DNA of 40,297 nucleotides, from positions 1-40,297 of IMG/VR virus record IMGVR_UViG_3300014208_000016, one strand, 5' to 3'. The notes under the pieces are model-generated. The model was given only the letters and a program-made list of their open reading frames with translations, was not told the origin of the DNA and did no database searches. This DNA comes from a virus. Taxonomy: Duplodnaviria; Caudoviricetes. This document shows, one piece after another, positions 19,437 through 27,322 of the stretch; position 1 is the stretch's first letter; the number at the start of each line of letters is the position of its first letter. Made by a program: the position numbers and the translations under genes.

Positions 19437-19658
19437 TTATACGGAATCGCTTTCTTTCAATATTCCTAAATCTATACATTTTGTATAAAATTCTATAGCT
19501 CCATGCATATTACCATGGTCGGTTATAGCACATGCAGGATAGCCTCTTTCTTTGCAAAGATTAATTAAATCATCAATTTTCATCATGCCGTCTAAAAGAC
19601 TATACTCTGTATGTATATGTAATGGCACATATTTAAGTGTATCACCATATTTTTTCAT
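19437..19658 (-). CDS. Stand-alone N-terminal PHP fragment of DNA polymerase III alpha (DnaE-like)
   Basis: YVPLHIHTEYSLLDG and AITDHGNMHGAIEFY are the DnaE N-terminal signatures; the ORF stops after 73 aa. Confidence 0.8.
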   Translation of the reverse strand: MKKYGDTLKYVPLHIHTEYSLLDGMMKIDDLINLCKERGYPACAITDHGNMHGAIEFYTKCIDLGILKESDSV

Positions 19659-19888
19659 ATCAACTCCAATATATCTTTAGCTTTAATTATGGCTGACGCT
19701 AAATCGTGTACCCCCAATTTAGAATATATATGGTCTAAATGGGTTTGAATAGTGCTTCTTTCTAATCCAATCCTTTTAGCTAATTCATCTCTTCTGGTCG
19801 ATCCAGTTTCATAAGCGAGCCAATAAACAGCACTTAATACTCTAATTTCTGCCTTACCTAAAATATTAGTACCTTTAATTTTAGCCAT
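19655..19888 (-). CDS. LuxR/GerE-like HTH protein
   Basis: ELAKRIGLERSTIQTHLDHIYSKLGV. Confidence 0.75.
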   Translation of the reverse strand: MAKIKGTNILGKAEIRVLSAVYWLAYETGSTRRDELAKRIGLERSTIQTHLDHIYSKLGVHDLASAIIKAKDILELI

Positions 19889-20156
19889 TTAAATCCTCCA
19901 GAAAACCTATTCTAACATCTCCATTATCCCTTAGCCTGTATAAGGTATTCAAAAAATCATATGGATTAGTCACAAGATAATCATATTCTCCTTTTCTGTA
20001 AGTACCTGGAGAAATATTATCTCTGTATTTTTTTATACAATTTTTGAATTCTTCCGGAAACTTTTTGACCACTTTCTCTAAAAGATAAGTTAATTTCCAT
20101 GCATCATCAATATTTTCAGTCATTTCCTTCGCTATGTAAAAAATTATTGTTTCCAT
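19881..20156 (-). CDS. Hypothetical protein
   Basis: 91-aa ORF, GAGG RBS, overlapping operon packing. Confidence 0.6.
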   Translation of the reverse strand: METIIFYIAKEMTENIDDAWKLTYLLEKVVKKFPEEFKNCIKKYRDNISPGTYRKGEYDYLVTNPYDFLNTLYRLRDNGDVRIGFLEDLNG

Positions 20157-20328
20157 TTTCCTCTCTCTCTTTTAAGAAATTTAATAATACATCACAATCT
20201 ATATCTCCCATTATCATCATTTCATTATGGCAAGCTCTTATTAAGTCCATGGGGCATCCGAAAATTTTACAAATCATTTTCATTAATCGGGATAAGAGAG
20301 CCAGGCATGCAATTATATTCTTTATCAT
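20116..20328 (-). CDS. Hypothetical protein
   Basis: 70-aa ORF filling an operon gap; start uncertain. Confidence 0.45.
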   Translation of the reverse strand: MIKNIIACLALLSRLMKMICKIFGCPMDLIRACHNEMMIMGDIDCDVLLNFLKEREENGNNNFLHSEGND

Positions 20329-20752
20329 ATACCTTCACATTAGGCTTGGGTATATACGTCTCTAATGCCATCAATAATCTAGTTGCAGCATGGCTTAATT
20401 CTTCGATTTTGTCATAAGAATTGATATCATCAAAGAAATTAAATGTATGTTCTAATGCATGATTTAAATGAGAATTAGTGTCTATTAATCTCCAGTTGTT
20501 AGGCTTATATCTTTTAGCTCCCTCTCTCATTACTACACCTACCTTTTTTAAGGCTAAAGCAGGAAGTAAATCACACCTTGTCTCTATAAGAGATTGTTCA
20601 CCACCTAAATCATTTATTTCTTTTAATATTTCTTTAGACACTTTATTATCTCCTATCATTTCATTAAATTTCTTTAATCTTTCATATTTATCATTCGGGT
20701 AATATCTACCTAAATATTCCCAGAGTAGATTGACATTATAAATTTGGGTCAT
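20267..20752 (-). CDS. dATP/dGTP diphosphohydrolase-domain (DUF5664-like) protein
   Basis: DLLP..AL..V..VM.EGAKRY..NNWR...H...EELSHAA..LLM pattern. Confidence 0.7.
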   Translation of the reverse strand: MTQIYNVNLLWEYLGRYYPNDKYERLKKFNEMIGDNKVSKEILKEINDLGGEQSLIETRCDLLPALALKKVGVVMREGAKRYKPNNWRLIDTNSHLNHALEHTFNFFDDINSYDKIEELSHAATRLLMALETYIPKPNVKVYDKEYNCMPGSLIPINENDL

Positions 20753-20894
20753 AACATATTTCCACAGGGTCTATCGTATTCTGTATTATTTCCTGTTTAA
20801 TGGATGGTGATGTATCTATATGTAAAGGGTGCATTATCACAGGACATAGTGGAGCTAGTATAATATTTATCATAACTATAACTGATTTAATCAT
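20736..20894 (-). CDS. Small hypothetical protein (52 aa, hydrophobic N-terminus)
   Basis: GGAG RBS; MIKSVIVMINIILAPLC...; not in the ORF track. Confidence 0.5.
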   Translation of the reverse strand: MIKSVIVMINIILAPLCPVIMHPLHIDTSPSIKQEIIQNTIDPVEICYDPNL

Positions 20895-21057
20895 TTTTAA
20901 TCTCCAATTCTAAACATCTTTCTAGAAAATTTATTTTTGATGAATATGCAAGAGAAGACCTACGTACTTCAAGACTTTGTCTTATCTGTTCTATAATTTT
21001 ATTTTTTTCATGTTCTTCTAAAATATAATCTATTATTCTCTTTTCTTTATCATACAT
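20887..21057 (-). CDS. Small hypothetical protein (56 aa)
   Basis: MYDKEKRIIDY...; AAGGAG upstream; overlaps both neighbours. Confidence 0.55.
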   Translation of the reverse strand: MYDKEKRIIDYILEEHEKNKIIEQIRQSLEVRRSSLAYSSKINFLERCLELEIKND

Positions 21058-21718
21058 CAGCTTTTAACTCCTTGTTTAATTTATATAATTCCAAACAAAC
21101 TAAAAATCTTTTTAAATGTAACTCTTCATTGCCTACATCATAAATATCAGACCCTCCTTCCCCTCTACCAAGTCTTAATATTTTAAGATCGTCTATATAG
21201 TTACCCGTTTGTTCTTCGTACGCTTGCTTGTATGCCACAACTTGGGTTTTATGCTCAGGATAACAGGAATCTGATGTTTTTATATCTATTAATGTTAATC
21301 TTCCGTTTATTTTACAGATTAAGTCACAAGAACCTCCGTATCCATATTTTTCCGAAATAACCTGCACTTCACTCCCGATTAATTCAAAATCAGAGAGGCC
21401 TGACATCCAATTTAAGAACCTATTATATGAGGGTTTAGAGAATTCCACCTCCGAAATAGAATAATCTCTTAAATCTGGTTCTATGCCCTTTAAATAACAT
21501 TCACATAAATAATGAACAAGTGTCCCTAAATTTGCAATATTATCCATGTATTTTGAATAAACAACATTATCTAAACCCATTTTATTCGCCCATGGTATTA
21601 AAAAGGGTTTATTAATGACACTGAGTACTGTTGTAACCCCAGGTAATCTATTACCATTCTTATCTTTATAAACCGTATGTTGTGTTGCTTTTCTTGCGCA
21701 TTCTTTAACTAAGGCCAT
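21050..21718 (-). CDS. PD-(D/E)XK (Cas4/RecB-like) exonuclease
   Basis: PGVTTVL, GTLVH..CE, E...YGGSCD...LIDIKTS, Q..AY motifs. Confidence 0.8.
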   Translation of the reverse strand: MALVKECARKATQHTVYKDKNGNRLPGVTTVLSVINKPFLIPWANKMGLDNVVYSKYMDNIANLGTLVHYLCECYLKGIEPDLRDYSISEVEFSKPSYNRFLNWMSGLSDFELIGSEVQVISEKYGYGGSCDLICKINGRLTLIDIKTSDSCYPEHKTQVVAYKQAYEEQTGNYIDDLKILRLGRGEGGSDIYDVGNEELHLKRFLVCLELYKLNKELKADV

Positions 21719-22058
21719 TCGCTTGCTCCAATTCTTCTACTGAATAATAAATCGGTATACCTAATTGCTTTGCTTTTTCAATTTCAAGTTTAGTGCCTTT
21801 GGAATTTTCTGATTTTTCGCAAACTATAATACAGTCACATCTAGTCAAAAATTCCATTGAGTAATCATAATACATCTCTATTGGCAAAGAAAGGTCTATT
21901 GGATTTTGAAGAATAAAGGCTATGTCCAAATGGGGAATAAATGGGGCGTAACCCAATTTGAAAATATCTGCCCCAAGTTTAACTCCTCGCCTAATATTAT
22001 TCATCACCTCTATAATATTAGAACCATTCATAGCACCTGCCACATAAACTGTTTTCAT
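21705..22058 (-). CDS. DUF4406/DUF1937-like nucleoside-deoxyribosyltransferase-fold protein
   Basis: VYVAGAM, PFIPH, LTRCD.I, SKGTKLEIEKA..LGIPI. Confidence 0.7.
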   Translation of the reverse strand: MKTVYVAGAMNGSNIIEVMNNIRRGVKLGADIFKLGYAPFIPHLDIAFILQNPIDLSLPIEMYYDYSMEFLTRCDCIIVCEKSENSKGTKLEIEKAKQLGIPIYYSVEELEQANGLS

Positions 22059-22067
22059 CGTTTACTC

Positions 22068-22400
22068 CTAATCAGCTACTTGTCTTAATTTTTTGGTTAG
22101 AGGATCAATTTCTAGGGCTTTATTGATTTCGTATATTCCAGGGTTAATAATCACTTCATCATGCCTACCCTCTTTAAGACAATATACCCTAGTTGGCACA
22201 TCTGCCTTGAGATAAAGTCTTTCAAATTGATCTCTATAGAACTCTACTTTATCCATAACTGCCACCCTGTGGTCATTACCATGAGTTTCAGATTCACCAA
22301 CTACAAAATAATTTTCCTTGATATCTATTTTTGTTAAATTAATTGGCATTTTCTCAATTTGGAAAAAGTTGCATTCTCCATGGCTAAACATTTGATTCAT
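22068..22400 (-). CDS. His-motif partner protein of the DUF6745-like gene
   Basis: HGEC, GESETHGNDHRV, HDEVII.PGIYEI, RQVAD pattern. Confidence 0.6.
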   Translation of the reverse strand: MNQMFSHGECNFFQIEKMPINLTKIDIKENYFVVGESETHGNDHRVAVMDKVEFYRDQFERLYLKADVPTRVYCLKEGRHDEVIINPGIYEINKALEIDPLTKKLRQVAD

Positions 22401-22414
22401 TTTAATTCCTTTCC

Positions 22415-23515
22415 TTATTTAATATCTGTAATTTTTATTTTGTCGAAATCACGCCCTCCCCAGCGTGTATTGGTAAATGCTTCTGATATCGTCTTGCAGT
22501 CTTCGGAAACTGCCTCCAGGTGATAAGTACCCGTGGTTTGATTTATCATACCTAGATATGGTGTATATCCCACCTTGTCCATAACTCCCATATCTATTAA
22601 TTCATACTTTGATTTTTTTATCCACTCGTAATTATGATGTTTTTTATAATTTTCCCAAGAATCCACTGTTTGGCCTAATGATTTCATTCTATCAATTCCA
22701 AATTTCTTTATAAATTCAGCTTTAACATCAGCATTGTCTATTGTTTTGTAATCCTCAAGGTTTAATGACGTTGCCGGAGTCTCAGCTAGCCAACGAGGGA
22801 CTTTTGTCCCATTTAAAGCCCATATTTGAAAATCATCACAATAATAAACGGCAGGTTTCCCATCACTATGTAATATATAATTACCTCTATTATCAATTAT
22901 TGTGATTATTTGCTTAGGTTTTGGACTAATTATAACCATATTTTGATATGGGATAAACCAACCACAATTCTTTGAACATTCCCATAGGCCTTCTAGCTTT
23001 GAGCAATCTATTTTACATTCAGCATTAAAATATTTATAAAAAGCTAACCACGAAGCATCATGAGAACCATAACAAGAATCACTAATAGAATCCCAGACAG
23101 AATTCCAGACAGAATCCCTAACAGAATCCCTAACAGAATTCCTAACAGAATCCCTAACAGAATTCCTAACAGAATTCCAGACAGAATTCCCAACAGAATT
23201 CCAGACAGAATCCCCAACAGAATCCCTAACAGAATCACTAACAGAACCACTAATAGAACCACTAACAGAATCACTAACAGAATTCCAGACCTTTTTATTT
23301 TTAAATATTGAATATAAAACACTATTATGAAATGGACTTTCAGTAAATATAAATATTTCTGGTTCTTTTAATCCTGCACATTTATATGCTTTTATAATTG
23401 ATTGTTTTGCCAGTTCTTTATTTATACTATCTTCCGTGGATAACCCTATTTTTATCCACTTATCGACATATTCTGGGAATTTTGCAATTTGTTGTTGTGT
23501 TAATTCAGTTAACAT
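22415..23515 (-). CDS. DUF6745-like protein with tetrapeptide repeat
   Basis: AYKCAGL.EP..SP, G.HDASWLAFY, CGWFIPY, LHSDGKPAV, ALNG..VP, I.NADVK motifs. Confidence 0.7.
   Translation of the reverse strand: MLTELTQQQIAKFPEYVDKWIKIGLSTEDSINKELAKQSIIKAYKCAGLKEPEIFIFTESPFHNSVLYSIFKNKKVWNSVSDSVSGSISGSVSDSVRDSVGDSVWNSVGNSVWNSVRNSVRDSVRNSVRDSVRDSVWNSVWDSISDSCYGSHDASWLAFYKYFNAECKIDCSKLEGLWECSKNCGWFIPYQNMVIISPKPKQIITIIDNRGNYILHSDGKPAVYYCDDFQIWALNGTKVPRWLAETPATSLNLEDYKTIDNADVKAEFIKKFGIDRMKSLGQTVDSWENYKKHHNYEWIKKSKYELIDMGVMDKVGYTPYLGMINQTTGTYHLEAVSEDCKTISEAFTNTRWGGRDFDKIKITDIK
23075..23290 (-). repeat. 18 x 12-bp tandem repeat encoding S-[VI]-[SRWG]-[DNG]
   Basis: Coding-strand units such as TCTGTTAGGGAT and TCTGTCTGGAAT. 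Confidence 0.95.
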
Positions 23516-23550
23516 ATTTCTCCTTTAAATTATTTTTTAAACTTTCTAAT

Positions 23551-23614
23551 ATTTTATATTATTTATTTTTTAAAATCTATTCTTTTAGTATAAACTGAAA
23601 CAATTATTTACAAT
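23551..23614 (-). promoter_or_regulatory. Putative promoter plus upstream direct-repeat box
   Basis: TAGATT-17-TAAAAT on the - strand; GAAACAAT-TA-TTTACAAT at 23597-23614. Confidence 0.4.
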
Positions 23615-23630
23615 TTAGTCTTTACTTGAA

Positions 23631-23843
23631 TTATTCTTGATTTTGTGGGTGGTTGTATTTCAAATCAGTTGCTTTAATTACTTTAAAACCCATAGGTATT
23701 AATTTACCATCAACCTCTGTAATAATTCCAAGTTTTTTATATGCTTCAATCTGGACAGAATTTAGTATTAGAAACATTCTACCCCTCCAATATTTCCTTG
23801 ATCTGTGCTTTTTCGCTGTCTGTGAATGAGTAGTATAAATCAT
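23631..23843 (-). CDS. Hypothetical protein
   Basis: 70-aa ORF; start may be internal. Confidence 0.4.
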   Translation of the reverse strand: MIYTTHSQTAKKHRSRKYWRGRMFLILNSVQIEAYKKLGIITEVDGKLIPMGFKVIKATDLKYNHPQNQE

Positions 23844-24159
23844 CGTTTTTAAGAAGATTCATAAGGGCTTCAATACGAGTTTTGCCTTCTGCTTGACAAT
23901 CGATACTAACTAAATCCTGACTACATAAAATTTCATTGCTGTCTGTGTGAATTAAATAAGAAAACCTTTTATTTATCACTTCTTCCAGCGCAATGGCTTT
24001 ATCGGCTGAGATAAAAGGATAAAGCCATTGAGGATATGTTTTATCAGGGTCACAATCTCTCTCAGACGTCGCAGGCATACACATTGGATGGTTACAACTA
24101 TCGCAAACGCTTTCATAGTAAGTAGGTTTTACCTCATACATTTCAAACAGTTCTTTCAC
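23779..24159 (-). CDS. Hypothetical Cys-containing protein
   Basis: 126 aa, GTG start with GAGG RBS. Confidence 0.6.
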   Translation of the reverse strand: MKELFEMYEVKPTYYESVCDSCNHPMCMPATSERDCDPDKTYPQWLYPFISADKAIALEEVINKRFSYLIHTDSNEILCSQDLVSIDCQAEGKTRIEALMNLLKNDDLYYSFTDSEKAQIKEILEG

Positions 24160-24314
24160 TTATTCACCTCTAAATTGCGTCTTTTAAAACAATCTTCTCT
24201 ATGCTCACAAATGTTGCAGTTTTTATGTTCTGTGCCTCTGCAAACTCTTCTCATTTGATATTCACCACCATCGGGCAGAACCTTACAATAATTATCGGGA
24301 TTTTCTCCAGGCAT
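24156..24314 (-). CDS. Small Cys-rich protein (52 aa)
   Basis: MPGENPDNYC...CNIC..C; coupled at both ends (TAATG, GTGA). Confidence 0.55.
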   Translation of the reverse strand: MPGENPDNYCKVLPDGGEYQMRRVCRGTEHKNCNICEHREDCFKRRNLEVNK

Positions 24315-24682
24315 TATAGGCATTTATTCACCTCCTGTAGTGCGGTAGTTGCTGTTTTATAACATTTTTCTATACTTAATTCCCAAGCGTCATGGGTTTC
24401 ATGGTCTGTGTTTGGATTAATGAGTCTTTTTATCTCCTCCAATGCCTTGCGCATAGTGGTGTTGTGTTGTTGGAGGAGAGAAAGTTCACCTACTAAATCA
24501 CATTCCTGAATGCTTTCAAAAGCATCATAATATTCAAATGCGTCATCAATTGATTCGATTTCACCGTCGGCATCTTCGCTTGATTTAGCCTCTTGTATGG
24601 CAAGATTTAGCAAGTCTCTACCTGAAATTAAATCAGGATTTTGACCGTCAAATTCTCTTTTAAATATTCTTAACTCTTCCAT
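24314..24682 (-). CDS. Hypothetical protein
   Basis: 122-aa acidic ORF with RBS. Confidence 0.6.
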   Translation of the reverse strand: MEELRIFKREFDGQNPDLISGRDLLNLAIQEAKSSEDADGEIESIDDAFEYYDAFESIQECDLVGELSLLQQHNTTMRKALEEIKRLINPNTDHETHDAWELSIEKCYKTATTALQEVNKCL

Positions 24683-24683
24683 C

Positions 24684-24830
24684 TTATTCCTGCTCCTGTT
24701 CTAGCTGTTCTTTAGCGTCCTGCTGTAGTAACCGCCTTGTTTCTTTATTGACCGTATTGTCAGACTTTCTACTACGACAATCAAATTCATCTTTCCAATG
24801 TTTTTTGTGCAGAGGTTTTTGCTTTTTCAC
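24684..24830 (-). CDS. Small hypothetical protein (48 aa)
   Basis: GTG start overlapping the upstream TGA; MKKQKPLHKKHW... Confidence 0.5.
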   Translation of the reverse strand: MKKQKPLHKKHWKDEFDCRSRKSDNTVNKETRRLLQQDAKEQLEQEQE

Positions 24831-25408
24831 CCCTGCACCTCATCGCTAAGAACCCATTTTAAAACACGAGCCCTTTTTGAAAGACTGACCGCACCTTCAA
24901 CATCAAGACTAACAGGTGGCGTGTAAAGTCTTTTTACTTCGGTTTTGCACCTGCTTATTACTTCCAACTCCAACACCTTATCGGTCAGTTCCTTATTCTT
25001 CTCAATCTCAAGCAAAAATAAAGCTTCAATCTCTTCTCCGACTGTTTTATACTCACTATCAGCAAGTTTTTTTAGACAATCAGAATACTGTTGAGTTTTA
25101 AGGTCGATGTTTCTGTTTTGTAATTTAGTCACCTTATCGGTGAGGGCTTGGTTTTGGGATTTTAAAAACTCTAAATCACTATCAAAATAAGGGAAATCAG
25201 CCAAATCAAAGTCTAAAGCATCGCAAATTTGAGTATGTTTTTTGAAAGAAGGAAATCGTCTTGAATTTTCGTACATTGTGATAACAGTTCTAGGGGTGTT
25301 TAATTTATCCGCTAATTGTTGTTGTGTAAGATTTAGAGACTCTCTAATATCTCTTAAATTTTTGCCATATATGAGTTTGCTTTTATTTTCGCCCATATTC
25401 ATCTCCAT
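24827..25408 (-). CDS. XRE/Cro-C1 HTH protein with C-terminal coiled coil
   Basis: LRDIRESLNLTQQQLADKL...ITMYENSRRFPS. Confidence 0.8.
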   Translation of the reverse strand: MEMNMGENKSKLIYGKNLRDIRESLNLTQQQLADKLNTPRTVITMYENSRRFPSFKKHTQICDALDFDLADFPYFDSDLEFLKSQNQALTDKVTKLQNRNIDLKTQQYSDCLKKLADSEYKTVGEEIEALFLLEIEKNKELTDKVLELEVISRCKTEVKRLYTPPVSLDVEGAVSLSKRARVLKWVLSDEVQG

Positions 25409-25419
25409 TTCTATCTATA

Positions 25420-26325
25420 TTAATATCTTTTGTTATAGTAACAACAAAAATCCTTGTATTTTTTTGGTAACATATTTTCTTTATTAATTAAGGGTAAATA
25501 AGGAGGTTCTAATTTCTGTATTATATCCCCCATGGCCTTTTCTCCAGCTTCATCATTATCTAAGCATAAATAAATTTTAGGCGATAATCTTTTTTTGTTA
25601 AACTTAATACTTTTTATATGATTTACGATTGCATTTACTCCATTAGATGGAGTTAGTATTTGAACTGGTAAAATATCGCCATGAATTAACAATTGCTCCT
25701 TATAATACTGATACATTAAGTAAGCGTCTATAAATCCTTCGCAAATAATAATATCATAAAGATTGAAATTGTTTTGCTCTGCTTTGGGAATCTTACTAAG
25801 TTGGCATAAACAGGAAAAATATCCCTTTGATTTCCAAATATTCCCACCTTTTTTACGGGGTAGCATTTGTATATCTCTAAATTCAAATCCTATTAAGTGA
25901 TTACTTGAATGATGGTACATGGGAAATACCCACGCATTCTTTTGTAAGTCGATTCCAAGTCCTAGCTCTTTTATAATATTATATTTTAACCCTCTATCTA
26001 TTATAAGGCTAGTAGAAGACTCGGTAACATTCTTTTGGCATGCTTTGAGGTATTTCTTTCTCTCCTTCTCTTCAGCCTCGTTAAAAACGATAGGAGTTAC
26101 CTCTGATTTGTTTTCTGTATCATTTATTCTAAATTGGTTATGATTTTTCCTTAATTCAATTGAATGATCTTTATTAGCAAAGCAAGTTATTAGACCGTCT
26201 GATTTTTTTATTTTTAAGTTGTCTTTACCTTCGTCTTTACATAGAGGACATTGAAATGTGTAATTTTTTGAATCCTCGCTAGATACAGTCCCAAAAGTTA
26301 CGATTATATCTTGAATATCTATCAT
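25420..26325 (-). CDS. DNA primase (zinc finger plus TOPRIM, no helicase domain)
   Basis: CPLC...C...H zinc-binding region; ICEGFIDA, LDNDEAG and KDF TOPRIM motifs. Confidence 0.8.
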   Translation of the reverse strand: MIDIQDIIVTFGTVSSEDSKNYTFQCPLCKDEGKDNLKIKKSDGLITCFANKDHSIELRKNHNQFRINDTENKSEVTPIVFNEAEEKERKKYLKACQKNVTESSTSLIIDRGLKYNIIKELGLGIDLQKNAWVFPMYHHSSNHLIGFEFRDIQMLPRKKGGNIWKSKGYFSCLCQLSKIPKAEQNNFNLYDIIICEGFIDAYLMYQYYKEQLLIHGDILPVQILTPSNGVNAIVNHIKSIKFNKKRLSPKIYLCLDNDEAGEKAMGDIIQKLEPPYLPLINKENMLPKKYKDFCCYYNKRY

Positions 26326-26441
26326 TTACAAGTTTTCCTTATTTTTTGAAGGAATTTATTTAAACTTTCCCTTTCTTCAATGGGTGTTAATATTTTTCTT
26401 TTTGGAATGTAATACCAGTTGGGAAGTTTGTTTTTATTCAT
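26322..26441 (-). CDS. Small basic protein (about 39 aa) coupled to the primase
   Basis: AGGAGG RBS; MNKNKLPNWYYIPKR...; stop appears to overlap the primase ATG (ATGA). Confidence 0.55.
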   Translation of the reverse strand: MNKNKLPNWYYIPKRKILTPIEERESLNKFLQKIRKTCK

Positions 26442-26505
26442 TTTTTATCCTCCTATTTCTTTATTCTTTTGTGAATCTTTGTTAAGCTATATTCGATTCG
26501 AACTA

Positions 26506-26534
26506 TTGACAAATTTCAAAAAACAGTATATATT
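26506..26534 (+). promoter_or_regulatory. Near-consensus sigma70 promoter, antisense to flanking genes
   Basis: TTGACA-17 nt-TATATT. Confidence 0.65.
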
Positions 26535-26540
26535 ATATAT

Positions 26541-26695
26541 GAGACTGCAACGCAGTCGAATTAACTTACGTTAAAGCATCTTGATAAAGGTAATTCCTTC
26601 CTCCGCTCGGAAGCGGACTTTACCGCTTCCTCACTGCATAAGGAATTAGATAGAAGTTTAGATAAACCGAATGTAATGAGGTTTTCTAAACAATA
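26541..26695 (+). other. Structured non-coding element: candidate replication origin or ncRNA
   Basis: Stems GACTGC/GCAGTC, TTAAC/GTTAA, TAATTCCTT/AAGGAATTA enclosing GGAAGCGG/CCGCTTCC, and GTTTAGA..AAACC/GGTTT.TCTAAAC; locally GC-rich. Confidence 0.55.
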
Positions 26696-26703
26696 TAGAT
26701 ACA

Positions 26704-27168
26704 CTATTTCATTCCGTTGATTTTACTGAGTTGAATAAACAAGCTTATTCCAGCACTTCTACAATCTTCCGAAGTAAAGAAGTTAGTAGAATCACTATCG
26801 GCTAATTCTTTTTTCATTTTCAAAATACATTCAATAAGTAAATCCGTTTGTTCTTTTTTAATCACTGGTAAAAGTTCAGATGGTGTTATAACTTTCCCAT
26901 TAAAAGAGTCAAATATTTGCTCTGATGTGCTAGTCTCGCCAACAATAGTTTGGTCTTTAGAGAATCTCCAAAATTGGTTACCATCCTGCTCTACATTTAC
27001 AACTTGACCCTCAGAAAGTAGGTCTAATTCCTCATTAACTTCACCTATTGGTATACTGGAATACATAAATATTTTTTTAGTACCGACCGCAAAGCATACC
27101 TTAGAACCTACCTTTCCTGCTTTTGAAAGATGTGGATGTCTTTTTAATAAAACTACTGCTTGAACCAT
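26704..27168 (-). CDS. Hypothetical replication protein, possibly SSB-like (OB-fold-like N-terminus)
   Basis: First gene of the leftward operon, AGGAGG RBS, beta-rich N-terminus; functional call is positional inference. Confidence 0.4.
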   Translation of the reverse strand: MVQAVVLLKRHPHLSKAGKVGSKVCFAVGTKKIFMYSSIPIGEVNEELDLLSEGQVVNVEQDGNQFWRFSKDQTIVGETSTSEQIFDSFNGKVITPSELLPVIKKEQTDLLIECILKMKKELADSDSTNFFTSEDCRSAGISLFIQLSKINGMK

Positions 27169-27194
27169 TTTATTTTCCTCCTAATGTACTAAAC

Positions 27195-27247
27195 ATAATC
27201 AATAATTGATTATACTTTATATTAGCACATACCCTTTTTAGAAACAC
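27195..27247 (-). promoter_or_regulatory. Leftward early promoter with downstream palindrome
   Basis: GTGTTT-17-TAATAT with extended TG; ATAATCAAT-A-ATTGATTAT palindrome at 27195-27213. Confidence 0.55.
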
Positions 27248-27293
27248 CATTTATTCGTATTATATTTACAAATGTTTACCATGTAATAGATGC

Positions 27294-27322
27294 TTGACAC
27301 GTATTATCTAAAATGCTAAAAT
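27294..27322 (+). promoter_or_regulatory. Strong rightward sigma70 promoter
   Basis: TTGACA-17-TAAAAT with extended TG. Confidence 0.7.

Noticed and set aside
19437-19658. DnaE fragment as half of a split-intein or frameshifted polymerase
   Set aside because: No intein motifs, no KPIIG continuation in other frames, and no remaining polymerase domains in the genome.
20736-20894. Possible lipoprotein or spanin
   Set aside because: APLC does not fit the lipobox consensus, and the gene is in the early arm.
23075-23290. Tandem repeat as a CRISPR array or DGR target
   Set aside because: 12-bp units with no spacers; variation includes non-A positions (GTT/GTC, AGG/AGT); no reverse transcriptase or template repeat found.
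23044-23322. Alternative-frame ORFs (GILL)n and (NRIP)n
   Set aside because: Open only because the 12-bp unit lacks stops in those frames; no RBS support.
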